From: Candidatus Poribacteria bacterium
Lineage (GTDB): Bacteria > Poribacteria > WGA-4E > WGA-3G
Length of the DNA stretch: 64,000 nt
NCBI GenBank assembly: GCA_963663765.2
Contig: CAXXUA010000015.1
Span: 160,001-224,000, forward strand
Reading direction: 5' to 3'
Below the pieces are notes generated by a model that worked only from the letters and a program-made list of their open reading frames with translations, made no database searches and was not told the DNA's origin. Within the stretch, counting starts at the first letter, position 1. Each line of letters opens with the position of its first letter. The translations under genes and the position numbers were made by a program. Below are positions 49,246 through 61,000 of the stretch, piece after piece.

Positions 49246-51147
49246 ATGAAAATGCTGAGAATGGTACTCACAATTTTACTACTATTATTTTACGTTAGTT
49301 ATTTCAATGTCAATAGCCAAGAAATAGAACAGTGGGGTCTACCAGATGGAGCAAAAGCACGAATTGGAAAAGGCAAAGCATTTAAAGTTGCATATTTTCC
49401 AGATGGAAACCGACTTGCCATAAGTACTACAATTGGTGTTTGGATATATGATTTAATGACAGATGAACTCTTAGACCTACTCAATGGACAGACCCGTCCA
49501 TTTAAGTCTCTTACGTTTAGTCCTGACATGGATACATTTGCTACTGCATGTGACGACAATACAGTATGGTTATGGGATTCAAACTCGGGTGAACTCCTAT
49601 TGCGTTTTCGTGGACACAGCGACGATGTCAATGAGGTATCATTCAGTCCTAATGGAAAAACGCTTGCAACCGCAAGTGATGACAACACAGTGGGATTATG
49701 GGATGTCAAAACAGGTGAAATGATAACATCTCTCAGCGGGCATTCTGATAACGTGCACTCGGTTGCGTTCTCTTCTGATGGAAGAGTAATATTAAGTGGT
49801 TCATATCGCACCGGGAACACTGTCTGTTTTTGGGAACCGATAACTAAACAACTTATAAAAACAATTACAAGCGAACAAAATGGAATCCATCAAGTACATT
49901 CAGTTGCAAGTCAACCCAACAGCACTGTTTTTGCCATTGGCAGCTTCGGGATGGTGTCCTTATGGGAAGGACTTACTGGGGAACTTCTTACAAAACTTGA
50001 ATTAGCAAGAAATACTGGTGAAATCTGGTCAGTGGAGTTTTCTCCTGATGGAAAAACACTTGCAACAGGAGATGACTACGGTAAAATCATGATCAATGAT
50101 GCAGACACCGGACAATTGCTGATTACTTTTGATACGCATGAACCCATCCAAGCTCTAACTTATGCACCTGATGGAAAAACACTTGTATGTGTTAGTCAGA
50201 ATGGTACAATTCGTTTTTATGACCTTAACGCAAACTTTCTCAAGAAAAAAATCGACGATTTTACCCTACAAATCTACTCTATTGCTTATACTCCCGACGG
50301 AAGTTCAATTGTCACAGGAAATATGTCAAGAATAAGTTTCTGGAACTCAAACACAGGAAAACTTGAAAAAACCATTGACGGACTCAAAGAAATTGTCAAT
50401 ACTTTAGCGTTTTCCACTGATGGAAAAATACTTGTATGTCTTGATTCTGATAATCCACATTTTCCTCAATTTTGGGATGTGGAATCTGGAAAACGCATCG
50501 GCATTTTCACTAAGTATAGAGATTATGCTGATCGTATCGCTCTTTCACCTGACATCAGCAAGATCGCAATTGGCGGTCGGACCAAAACAATACGATTGTG
50601 GGAAATAACAACTGAAGAAGAAAAGTTAAAAAGCAATCATCTCAAATCGTTACCATATCAATCAGATAATGTACGATATCTAACTTTTTCACCAGGAAGT
50701 AAAAATCTCCTCAGTGCATGTGATTATAATACCATCCGTGTATGGAATGTTAAAACTGATAAACTCATTCACACTTTTACAGTTCAATCAAGACGTATAC
50801 ATAAACTTGTCTTTTCAAAAGATGGAAATATGCTTGCAAGTGCCAGCGAAAATGGAACAGTATCAGTATGGGACCTAAAAACAGGTGCACTCATAAATAC
50901 TTTCAGTGATCAAAATAGGAATAGTAAGGATTTAGATTTTGCACTAAATGGTAAAATAATCGCATTTGCCAACGGTGACGCAATCTACCTCTGTGACATA
51001 TTAACGGGTGTGTATCACGATCCTTTACGAGGACATACAATGTCTGTTAATTGTCTTGTGAATTCACCTGATGGAAACACAATTGCAAGTGGAAGCATGG
51101 ACGGTACTGTTCTCTTATGGGACCTAACAAAGTTGGCAAATGAATGA
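49246..51147 (+). CDS. Secreted WD40 repeat protein
   Basis: GAGGAG RBS; signal peptide; QWGLPDGAKARIGKG; WD40 repeats. Confidence 0.92.
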   Translation: MKMLRMVLTILLLLFYVSYFNVNSQEIEQWGLPDGAKARIGKGKAFKVAYFPDGNRLAISTTIGVWIYDLMTDELLDLLNGQTRPFKSLTFSPDMDTFATACDDNTVWLWDSNSGELLLRFRGHSDDVNEVSFSPNGKTLATASDDNTVGLWDVKTGEMITSLSGHSDNVHSVAFSSDGRVILSGSYRTGNTVCFWEPITKQLIKTITSEQNGIHQVHSVASQPNSTVFAIGSFGMVSLWEGLTGELLTKLELARNTGEIWSVEFSPDGKTLATGDDYGKIMINDADTGQLLITFDTHEPIQALTYAPDGKTLVCVSQNGTIRFYDLNANFLKKKIDDFTLQIYSIAYTPDGSSIVTGNMSRISFWNSNTGKLEKTIDGLKEIVNTLAFSTDGKILVCLDSDNPHFPQFWDVESGKRIGIFTKYRDYADRIALSPDISKIAIGGRTKTIRLWEITTEEEKLKSNHLKSLPYQSDNVRYLTFSPGSKNLLSACDYNTIRVWNVKTDKLIHTFTVQSRRIHKLVFSKDGNMLASASENGTVSVWDLKTGALINTFSDQNRNSKDLDFALNGKIIAFANGDAIYLCDILTGVYHDPLRGHTMSVNCLVNSPDGNTIASGSMDGTVLLWDLTKLANE

Positions 51148-51204
51148 ACAAGTTAGTTAGATTTGTGATTCTAATCGATGATCTATTGATACTTTACACA
51201 CTTC

Positions 51205-51233
51205 TTGACTTACCATCTCAAATCTGTTACAAT
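51205..51233 (+). promoter_or_regulatory. Sigma70-type promoter of the mod operon
   Basis: TTGACT-N17-TACAAT with extended TGn, 33 nt before modA. Confidence 0.6.
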
Positions 51234-51266
51234 GTATCCAAATTCTAATATGGATAATACTGAGAA

Positions 51267-52073
51267 ATGTTGTTCTCAACCCGAAGAAAACTCTTACATA
51301 TATTTCTAAAGTGTAGCTATATCAGTATCAGTTGTGTATTGTGTTTCTACTATTTTGGTTGTATCCCAGACCAAGAGAAGACTGAAGAATTGACCGTGTT
51401 TGCAGCTATGAGTTTATCAGATGCACTCACCGAGATAGGTGATCAGTTTACCAAAGCGAATAAGACTTCTGTTTATTACAACTTGGCTGCTTCTACAACA
51501 TTACAAAGACAAATAGAAAAAGGTGCTTCCGCTGATGTCTATATTTCTGCAAGTCCTATACAGGTTGAAACACTGAAAACTTTGAATCTTGTTGAAGGAA
51601 ATAGTCAAAATGATCTATTAAAGAATCGTTTAGTAATTGTTACCCATCAGGAAAGAGAGATTGAATTAGACAAAGTTGGACAACTATTGGATCCAATTAT
51701 ATCACGAATTGCTATTGGGCAACCTGAGATTGTTCCTGCGGGTACTTATGCAAAGGAAGCAATCTCACACTTTGGTCTGTGGGATAAGTTGCAACCGAAG
51801 CTGATATACGGTTTGGATGTTCGGTCAACACTTGCTTATCTTACAGTTGGTAATGTAGACCTGGCAATTGTGTATGAGACCGACACAAATGTAAGTGATG
51901 AAGTGAAAGTTATTTACCGTTTTAACGAAGAAACACATTCACCTATTGTCTATCCTGTTGTAACACTGAAAAATAGCAAACGTAAACAGACAGCTGAAAG
52001 ATATATTACTTTTTTGAAGACACAGCAAGCAACCGAAATATTCAAAAAACACGGTTTTATCCCTTTGATATAA
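51267..52073 (+). CDS. modA: Molybdate ABC transporter substrate-binding lipoprotein
   Basis: VFAAMSL, ASTTLQRQIEKGASADV, VPAGTYA and HSPIVYP. Confidence 0.93.
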   Translation: MLFSTRRKLLHIFLKCSYISISCVLCFYYFGCIPDQEKTEELTVFAAMSLSDALTEIGDQFTKANKTSVYYNLAASTTLQRQIEKGASADVYISASPIQVETLKTLNLVEGNSQNDLLKNRLVIVTHQEREIELDKVGQLLDPIISRIAIGQPEIVPAGTYAKEAISHFGLWDKLQPKLIYGLDVRSTLAYLTVGNVDLAIVYETDTNVSDEVKVIYRFNEETHSPIVYPVVTLKNSKRKQTAERYITFLKTQQATEIFKKHGFIPLI

Positions 52074-52108
52074 GAATAGACCTACAAACCAAATCCAGTC
52101 AGGTTTCA

Positions 52109-52789
52109 ATGCGGATTACTCCTGAAGAAGTTACTGCCCTATTGCTATCTGTCAAAGTTGCGTTGTTTAGCCTTGTTGTAATGTTTCCACCTGGTCTGTT
52201 GATTGGATGGATTCTTGCTAAACGTGAATTTCCTGGGAAATCCATCATAAATACTATTGTGATGTTACCGCTGGTTCTTCCTCCTGTGGTAAGTGGTTAC
52301 ATAATCCTTATCTTGTTAAGTAAGAAGGGACCGATCGGCGGAATTATCTTTGACTTATTCAAAATTGAGATTGTTTTTAGTCAATTCGCTGTTGTGATTG
52401 CTGTATCCATCATCTCCTTTCCTTTGTTAGTCAGGGGAATAATGACAGGTATTGCATCAGTTCCCACGGATCTTGAAGATACTGCACGAACATTAGGTGC
52501 AACTCCTATAAAAGTTTTCTTTACTGTTACATTACCGCTGGCAAAGCAAGGAATAATTGCTGGTGTAATCCTTGGTTTTGCAAAGAGTCTTGGTGAGTTT
52601 GGTGCAACCTTTATGGTCGCAGGAAACATCCCTGGAAAAACACAAACATTAGCACTTTCTATTTTTTCCGCAGTTCAACTTGGACAAGATATTACAGTCT
52701 ATAGGTTAGTGTTTATCTCAACTATTCTGGCGTTTGTGGCAATATTGATAACTGAAAAATATCAATCTACTTCCACTATAAAGGATTAA
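52109..52789 (+). CDS. modB: Molybdate ABC transporter permease
   Basis: LPLVLPPVVSG, EDTARTLGA and SLGEFGATFMVAGNIPGKT. Confidence 0.95.
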   Translation: MRITPEEVTALLLSVKVALFSLVVMFPPGLLIGWILAKREFPGKSIINTIVMLPLVLPPVVSGYIILILLSKKGPIGGIIFDLFKIEIVFSQFAVVIAVSIISFPLLVRGIMTGIASVPTDLEDTARTLGATPIKVFFTVTLPLAKQGIIAGVILGFAKSLGEFGATFMVAGNIPGKTQTLALSIFSAVQLGQDITVYRLVFISTILAFVAILITEKYQSTSTIKD

Positions 52790-52826
52790 ATAGGTTAGAA
52801 ACAATACGAAAAGGAGTATATTTCAC

Positions 52827-53132
52827 ATGGATATGTTAATCATCTTTACAATTATTTTGGGTTTTGTTTTCACACTACTTGCTGCTATGAATCGTCGATC
52901 TAAAAGACTTAAATCTCGTAAGAGAAGTCAGCAAGACGATGGTTTTGTCGATTCATCTGGAACTGATGATGGCTTATTTACAGGTTTACTACTTGGCAAT
53001 ATGCTAAGTGATGATGGAACAGACGATGCTTCCACCAATTCAGATGCAGGTGGTTCTGATGGTGGTGGTGACTTTGGTGGAGGCTTTGATGGTGGAGGAG
53101 GCTTTGATGGTGGAGGAGGCTTTGATGGTTAA
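52827..53132 (+). CDS. Small membrane protein with an acidic Gly-rich tail
   Basis: AAGGAG RBS; N-terminal TM helix, basic patch and GGGFD repeats. Confidence 0.7.
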   Translation: MDMLIIFTIILGFVFTLLAAMNRRSKRLKSRKRSQQDDGFVDSSGTDDGLFTGLLLGNMLSDDGTDDASTNSDAGGSDGGGDFGGGFDGGGGFDGGGGFDG

Positions 53133-53236
53133 GGTGGATGTGAATAGCATTCATTAAAATATTCGTCGAATAAGTAATCCATATTTGGTTCGGATTTTTC
53201 GGTATTGGACAATTACTTGGTTAGACCTTAGATGAT

Positions 53237-54322
53237 ATGAAAAACATCGGCAGTATCTCCTTAGACTTATGCATTAGTTTAGGTAATTTCAAATTGGAAG
53301 TGGATTGTCAACTGCATCAAAAGGTTACTGCGTTTTTAGGTGCGTCCGGTAGTGGCAAAACAACTCTACTGAATTGTATATGTGGCACTTTGTCCCCAAA
53401 TCAAGGTGAGATTACATTTGGTGATGAAGTGTTGTATTCTTATGATATGAAAGTCAACGTTCCATCAAACCTTCGTCGTTTTGGGTATGTGTTTCAAGAA
53501 GGACACCTATTTCCACACCTGACTGTTGAGCAGAATATCCGATATGGACAATCACGTAAATTGCGTAGCCGGCAAGATAGCATCTCTCAAGAAATTGAAA
53601 TTCTTGAAATCTCAGAGTTACTGAATCGTTATCCAAGTCAACTCTCTGGTGGACAACGTCAACGCGTTGCGATTGCTCGCGCACTTGCGATGAAACCACG
53701 TTTGCTATTGATGGATGAACCACTTGCTTCACTGGATGGTGGATTGAAGAGTCGAATAATTCCATATATTCACCATATCAAGAATAAATTTGAAATACCA
53801 ATCATCTATGTTACGCATGCTATTTCAGAAGCGATGGCACTTGCTGATGAAGCGTTTTTGCTATCCGATGGGAAAATCACTGCAAAAGGCGAACCCCATC
53901 AAATACTCACATCTCCATCCGCATTACCAATAGCAAATCTAACGGGAGTTGAGAATATATTCAATTTACCCGTGACAAGGTCAGACAAACAGAAAGGTAT
54001 CACAGAATTAAAGATTGGTTCTCAACAACTTGTTGTTCCCTATATTGACGTGGAAATCGGTAAACATACTCCTATCGCAATTCGCGCAGAGGATATTATC
54101 ATTTCACTGGAACCGAATTTGCCTATTAGTGCTCGTAACATTTTGCGTGGAAAGGTTGATGAAGTTGATGACCAAGTACTTCTATCAATTCTCGTTGAAG
54201 AACAACGATTTTCAGTAAAAATAACGCACGATGCGCGCGAACAACTGCAGTTATGTAAAGGAAAAGAGGTCTACTGTGTCATAAAAGCCAATGCTGTCAA
54301 TCTGCTTTGGAACGAATCATAG
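53237..54322 (+). CDS. modC: Molybdate ABC transporter ATP-binding protein
   Basis: GASGSGKT, LSGGQRQR, MDEP and C-terminal TOBE/Mop (ISARNIL). Confidence 0.95.
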   Translation: MKNIGSISLDLCISLGNFKLEVDCQLHQKVTAFLGASGSGKTTLLNCICGTLSPNQGEITFGDEVLYSYDMKVNVPSNLRRFGYVFQEGHLFPHLTVEQNIRYGQSRKLRSRQDSISQEIEILEISELLNRYPSQLSGGQRQRVAIARALAMKPRLLLMDEPLASLDGGLKSRIIPYIHHIKNKFEIPIIYVTHAISEAMALADEAFLLSDGKITAKGEPHQILTSPSALPIANLTGVENIFNLPVTRSDKQKGITELKIGSQQLVVPYIDVEIGKHTPIAIRAEDIIISLEPNLPISARNILRGKVDEVDDQVLLSILVEEQRFSVKITHDAREQLQLCKGKEVYCVIKANAVNLLWNES

Positions 54323-54961
54323 TTGTCTCTGTAGTCTCTCCCAGAGTTTATCCACCTGTTTTTTCAGTTCATCAGGTGAACCGTTATTTTCTATGACAAC
54401 ATCTGCATACTTTACTTTTTCAGAAAGTGGCATTTGAGCGTCGATTCGAGCTTGTGCTTCTGTTTTTGTGATGTGCCGATTCTGTCCTTTACTGCGGTCT
54501 ATGATACGTCTTAATTGTTTTTCGTGAGACGATGTCACGACGACAATTAAATCAACAGTATTGTAAGCACCCGCTTCTATGAGTAATGGGGCATCCAAAA
54601 GGACAACACTTGATGGGTCGTCCGTAACAAGTTCACGGGCGCGGATTCGGGAACGTTTGATAATCAATGGGTGAAGGATTGCGTTTAGTTTTTCACGTTC
54701 CTTTTTGTCATTAAATACAATTTTCCCCATTTTTTTTCTACTTACATCACCATTTTCATCAAGGATCTCAATCCCAAAAGATTCGGTAAGTTCATCAATA
54801 ACTGGACTGTCAGCTTTTAGCAGTTGATGTCCAATTTCATCAGCGTTAATTGGAATTGCACCTTTCTCTGCAAGAAGTTCAGTTACGGTAGTTTTCCCGC
54901 ATGCAATTCCGCCAGTTATCCCAACGATTATCCCACGATTGATGTTTGGAAGTTTCTGCAT
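54317..54961 (-). CDS. coaE: Dephospho-CoA kinase
   Basis: GITGGIACGKT, LNAILHP, DAPLLIE and ARIDAQM. Confidence 0.95.
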   Translation of the reverse strand: MQKLPNINRGIIVGITGGIACGKTTVTELLAEKGAIPINADEIGHQLLKADSPVIDELTESFGIEILDENGDVSRKKMGKIVFNDKKEREKLNAILHPLIIKRSRIRARELVTDDPSSVVLLDAPLLIEAGAYNTVDLIVVVTSSHEKQLRRIIDRSKGQNRHITKTEAQARIDAQMPLSEKVKYADVVIENNGSPDELKKQVDKLWERLQRQL

Positions 54962-55002
54962 AGGTATTAGAGATTAGTATAATCTATAAGGAAGTTAACA
55001 TA

Positions 55003-58000
55003 TTAATTTTCTGTAGGAGAGAATACTAAGTCATCAAACGGATTACCGTCTTGGTCAGTAACACGTAGGTAGAATCCCCATCCTCCAGTTTTTTCACACA
55101 CCTTGACGAGTACGCTGTTTTTGCCTTTTTTTAGTTTTACTGGATAATTCAAGCGATCGATAGATGTTGCATAGGTTCTCATATTTACTCCAGCAACTAT
55201 CCCGTTTAACCAGATTTTCCCTTGATCATCGCTATCAAAACGGAATTGTACTTCTCTATCATCGGGTGAAGTGATGGTTGTAAATGCATAACCAGCACAT
55301 AAATCTAATCCTTCACCGAGATTGATAAAGGCGTTTAAGTTGTCATCTTTAAGTTTTTTCCAACTTATATTGCCATTCTTCCCATCGTACTTTGAAATAA
55401 GGTCAATTTTTGTTATTTCTTCTGAGATGAATTGGGTATCAAAAGCATTATCATTGCTATTGTCAAAAGGACCAAGATACATCCATTTGTCTTCTGTGAT
55501 GAAACCGGTTTTTTGTATGTTTTCTCTTGCTGTCTCATGCATATCATTCTTAAGACAATATTCTGCAATGAGTAATCTAAGGTTTAGTTGAACAACAACG
55601 TTTTTTGTTTCAGTGTTTACAAGTTCGTTTAATAATTCAACATAACTCTCTTTATTATCAGTATTATTTCCGTAATCTGATATCCAACCGAAGAATTTGC
55701 GTTGAAAAGTGCCAGTACTCAGGGTTTTAAAACCTTTTTTTAACGCCTCAAGTGCATCGTCCTTCTGTCCGATAACAAGGTAGACATATCCCAAAGTAAG
55801 TACATTTTCTGAGGAGTTATCAAGTTGGGCTGCAAGTTTAGCATTCTTAATTGCTTCTTCAGGTAAAATACCTTTATTAAGAATTTCAATTGCAAAATTA
55901 TTATAATTACTTGCAGAACCTTGTTGGTTAACTTGTCGTTGTCGTAGCTCTACCCACTGTGTGTAAGCGTTTTTGGCTTTTTCTGTTTCGCCTGCTTTTG
56001 AGTATGCATCTCCTAATATTTCAAATAGGGTAGCACTGTTTTTTATTTTCTGTTGAAGTTCTTTAAGTTTTGCAATACCATTGTCCTGATTCTGTGTGTT
56101 TGCATAAATGTCCCAGATGGCTTGAATTGCATCATTGTGGTTGCTCTGTGTTAGGGGTGCGTCTAACGCACGTAAATAAACATTCTCCACTTCAGAATTC
56201 TTTCCAAGTTTAGTATAGGATTCTGCCAATGACTGGTATAAATCATAGGAAGTTGGATCGAGTTCTATAGTTTTTTCATAAGCTGCAGCAGCTTTTGTAA
56301 GATGACCTTTCTTGGTATTCTCAAATACATTTCGCGCATAAGGTGAAATACTTGCATTATCGATTAGAGTTCCATGGTTATTGTTATCAGTAGAATCAAG
56401 TGTTATTCCATTGTTTTCACCGTCAAATTTCCAATATGCCACTAATCCTTTTTCATTGCCATTTAGTTCGTGGTTCATATCTGTTAGGATTTCTTGCTGT
56501 GTGCGTGCGATATTCCAGATTCGCACTTCATCAATTTGTCCTATAAATGAGGACGAATCTACTTCTGTTGTTACATGGGTTGCTCCTATGCGGAGTGGAA
56601 GTCGAGTTTTCATTAAACTATCTTGTCCATTAAAATGTCTATTGCCGACTTCAAATCCATTAACGAATACCTTCATGTTATCTTGCTTTGCATTGATGAC
56701 ACCTGCAATGTGAGTCCAAGTATTTAGTTTAATGAGATTTGGTTCAGAATAAAGGGATGCATATCCTCCTCCTTTAGGTGATCCATTAATTTTGAGCTTC
56801 CCATCTTGCCTAATAACGAGTATGTAACTTCGTTGCCTAAAGTTCTGTCTTTTCTCATCACTTTTAAAGACAATGCGTACATAATTGCTTGGAAAACTGG
56901 TTGGATATATCCAAGCTGATACCGTCACTTGATCTGTAATGCTGTTCAGAGAGTCACTGGGTGGCACTTCAACAAAACTCCCATTTCCTTTCAGTTCAAG
57001 TGCGTTGCTCTTTCTAACTTCACCTGTCTCGAGCTTTTCTGGTGGTATTGTCAAATACAGTGTTCCAATTTTTTTATGCCATTGAATGTTATCGGGTTGG
57101 AGTTGACTAAGTGTTTCATAATGTGTAATGGCATCATTGAATTTATTGGCTTTTTCGTAGGTTTCTGCGAGGTTAAGTCGTGCTTCTGGGTCATCTGGAT
57201 ATTCCTGAACCTTCTTCAACAGTTTTGGTATCTGTTTCTCATAAAGGTTTCCAAGTCTTGACGCGCTTTCAATTTTCTTTCTTGCTTCATCTCTATCCCA
57301 AGAATTTTCACTCATGTTTAGGACCTGCTGATAGGTATAGACGGCTTCTTCGTATCTTTTTGCGGCATAGTAACTTTTGGCGAGTAGTTTATAAGCAGTT
57401 TCACCTGCTACTCCAAAACCGTACATGCGAGAATTAGCACTTTCAGCTATAGCAGCATCAGCTAATTTGATAGCCGAGTCATAGAGTTTTCCGTCATAAC
57501 AGATATTGCCAAGTTCCCGGAGGAAATATATACTATCATTATTACTGACAAAAAGTGCACTTTCTCCCTGTCTTAACAACTCTTTAGCTAACTCAGATTG
57601 TCCATTTCTATTATATGCTGCTGCAGCGTTGTAATAATACAACACACCGTTGGGTTGAAGTATGCTGAGTGCATTATAAGTTTCAGCCGCTTTTCCAAAT
57701 TCCTTTGCTCTGTTGTAAATCGCGGCGAGCAATTCTAAATTGACTATACTATCAGGATCGTTCTCAAGTCTCGTCTTGAAGATTGAGATTAGGACATCAA
57801 GTTTCTTGATATTATCATAAGCACGAATCAATCTATCACGTGCCAACTGAGCAGAATTTACAATTGACACAGAAAAAGCGAGTTCGTCATGTGTTTTTAT
57901 GGCTGCTTCGTCATTCCCAAGTTTAGGGTAAATTTCCAGCAATTGTTCATAGATTCTTGTTCGTTCAGAACTATCAGAAGTCATCTCAAGTGCTTTTACA

Positions 58001-61000
58001 TAAGCAGTACTTGCTTTTGAAAGTTTACCGTCGTCTTTATACGTATTAGCATGTTCTTTTTGCATCTCAAAAGTTATTGTACCGGCATCCGCAGCTTTTT
58101 GTACTGTTTCCTCAATCTTTTCCTTAGATCCAGATAGTTTCAATATTTCTCTTTGGATTCTCTGCCGTTCATATTCCTGTCCGGTGAATCGTAATGCTTC
58201 TTGGAAAGCCATCTTGGCAGCATCTTTGTCATCATTTCTAATATAAAGCGAAGCCAATTCCTTATAGCGTTTTACGTTTCCTGGTGCAAGTTCAATAGCT
58301 TTTTGGTAGCAAGCGATTGCCTTATCAATCTCATCTTCATTTGCATAAAGTCTTGCTTTGCGTTCATAATTGATTGGGTTGTCTACATCCTCTTTAATAA
58401 ATTGTTGTGTGGTTTCAAGAGCTTTTTCAATTTTACCAGCAGTTTGATATGTGTTGACAAGTCCATCCTGAAACTTTGTATTTTTTGGGTCCTCTGCAAG
58501 TAGTGCTTCCCATGTTTTGACAGCTTTTTCATGTTGGTTGTGGACTGTGTAAAGTGTAGCGAGTTGTGCGCGGGATTCAAAGTCTTCAGGAATAACTTCT
58601 TCAAGATGTGTGTAAATAAGTAGAGCATTTTGTCTCTCTTTACGACGAACGTAATCTCTTGCTAATGTTCGCAATGACCCGATGTCCATGTCCACTATTC
58701 TATCTTTGAGTTGAGTCGTATTGGATAGATCATCCCTGCGCTTCTTAATTGCAACCAACTTTTCTTCAGCTTCTCTTCGGTGGTGTGATTGTACTGATTG
58801 GTCATTGATGATTTCAGTTAAAATTGGTTCAGCTTCATCCCACATCTGTTCTTGAATAAATATTGAAGCGACATTCATATAATCCATAGAGTTACCACTT
58901 CGAATCCTGTGTCTTGCCATTTTTCTGTATGCGTCTTGTGCTTTCTCTGTTTCACCTTTTAAAGCATAGATCATACCGAGTCTACGATAGGTGTACCAAT
59001 AACCTTTTTGGCTTTGAATAATCTTTTCAAGAATTTCTTGTTCTCTTTCTCTTGCATCAGTTAGACGATTTGCTTCAGCTATTCTGTTTAGGTAGTTTGA
59101 ATTTATGTGCTCCGCATTAAGCATGTGCGTAGTAAGTTCGTCTGCTCCTTTTAGGTCATTTTCTGCAATTTTCATTATTGTAAGAAAGAAGCGTAAATTA
59201 TTATCATTAGGTTTTTCTGCAAGCTTAACTTCATACTCCTTAATCAACTCATTGAGTTTTCCAAGTGATTTGTAGTAACGAACCAACATATCTATGGTAA
59301 TTATCTGTGAGTATTCATCATCTATATCCAAGGTATCACGTAATATATGTATAGCTTTATCATATTCATTTAATTGTGCATAAGTCTCTGCTTTGTTGCG
59401 ATGATAATATGTATCCGTAGGTTGTGCTTGAATAAGTTTTTCATAAATCTCAATAGCTTCAGTGTATCTGTTTATATCCCTGAGTTCGGATGCAACATCA
59501 CGTGCTAATTCGTTATTGTAGTCCCGTCCGATAGAAGGAGAAATCATGTCTATCGCGATTGAGATGAGTTCGTCAACTTTTTCAGCTTTAAAGAAACATT
59601 CAATTGTATCCCAAGTATCGTAACCGAGTGAAGTTGGGTTATCTTTGAGTAGTCTTGTATATTCTGGGACCGCCTCGTTATATCTTCCACTGTGAAACAG
59701 AAGATCAGCATAACGTTTACGAGTCGTGGTGTCAGTTGGTCTTAATTCAAGTACTTTCTTGAATGCAGCTGATGCTTTGTCTATATGATCTTTCCCGTGA
59801 TAGAAATCTGCTAAGTTCAATTGAGCTTTATATGAGTTTGGGTTCTTTCTTGCTGCTTCAATTAATAACATTTCTCGTTCTTGTCTTGAATTTGTTTGAC
59901 TTGTAAGGTGGGTTGCCTGTTGTCGATTCCAAGTAGAGATTGTTCTTCCATATCTGTCACGTTTGTTTGCAAATCGGAGTGCACGTTCTGCGATTCGGAT
60001 AGCATCCTGTCCTCTTCCAAGATCCTCTAAGAGTTCACTTACATCCATTAGGAAATTCGGATCTTGTACTCCCATTGCTAAGTTCATTGCTTTATTCATA
60101 ATAGCAGAAGCATGTTGTGTATAACCGGCATTTTGTAGTTGTTCTGAAACTGTATATAGTTCACGTGCACTGCTTGGAGTTTTCAACAGATCCGTTATTA
60201 AATCCCTCACGACGACAGTATTTCCGGATTTAATTGCTAACTTTAGGATCAAGTTATAGTAATAACTCCGATTACTTGGGTCGGTGTTTGACAACTCCTC
60301 AAGCAATCGGAGTGTTCCTGCATTTTGTCCTGTTTGAATAGAGATGAAGACTGTGTTTAGTTTGAGTGATAGATCCTTTGGAAACTCTTTCTGCAGCGCA
60401 ACAAGTATCTCTTGGGCTTTTTCGCGCTCACCATTCCACCAATAGCAGTAACTTAGTGCTAATCCAGAGAAGATTCTATCTCTACCATCTGAGGCATCAA
60501 AGGTAGTCTGTAACTTTGTATATAAAGCTTCCTGTTGATTTTTGAACCATAGTTGTCGTGAAAAGGTTTTCAAATATCCCAACCTACTCCCTTGGTAATA
60601 AACAGTTCTTGTTGGGAAAATTGCTTGAATAGATGAACTGCTTGAAGATGATGAAATTGTTGTCAGTGATACCATACGTCGTATGTTCGTCAATTGAGGT
60701 TGAGTCCGTGTGCAGTAAATCCAAAAGAGATCAATTGCTTTGTCATATTGTTCAAGACTTAGGTATGTATTGGTAATATCATAATAAAGATATCTATATT
60801 TTGATTGCTGGGATTGTGTCGGTATTGGCACTCTATCTAATATACTTTCTGCAGTATCTGTTTTCATCATTAATGCCAATGTCTTAATCAGTGCTGCAAC
60901 AACGTCAATATCCATCACCTTTATATCTTCATATTTGCTTATTAGTTTTTCCGCTTCAGTCTTTTTCCCATCACGATAAAGTCTATTTATGTATTGTAAA

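Noticed and set aside
39347-49820. Long antisense ORFs within WD40 genes
   Set aside because: Shadow frames produced by repetitive WD40 codon patterns; no RBS or recognisable domains.
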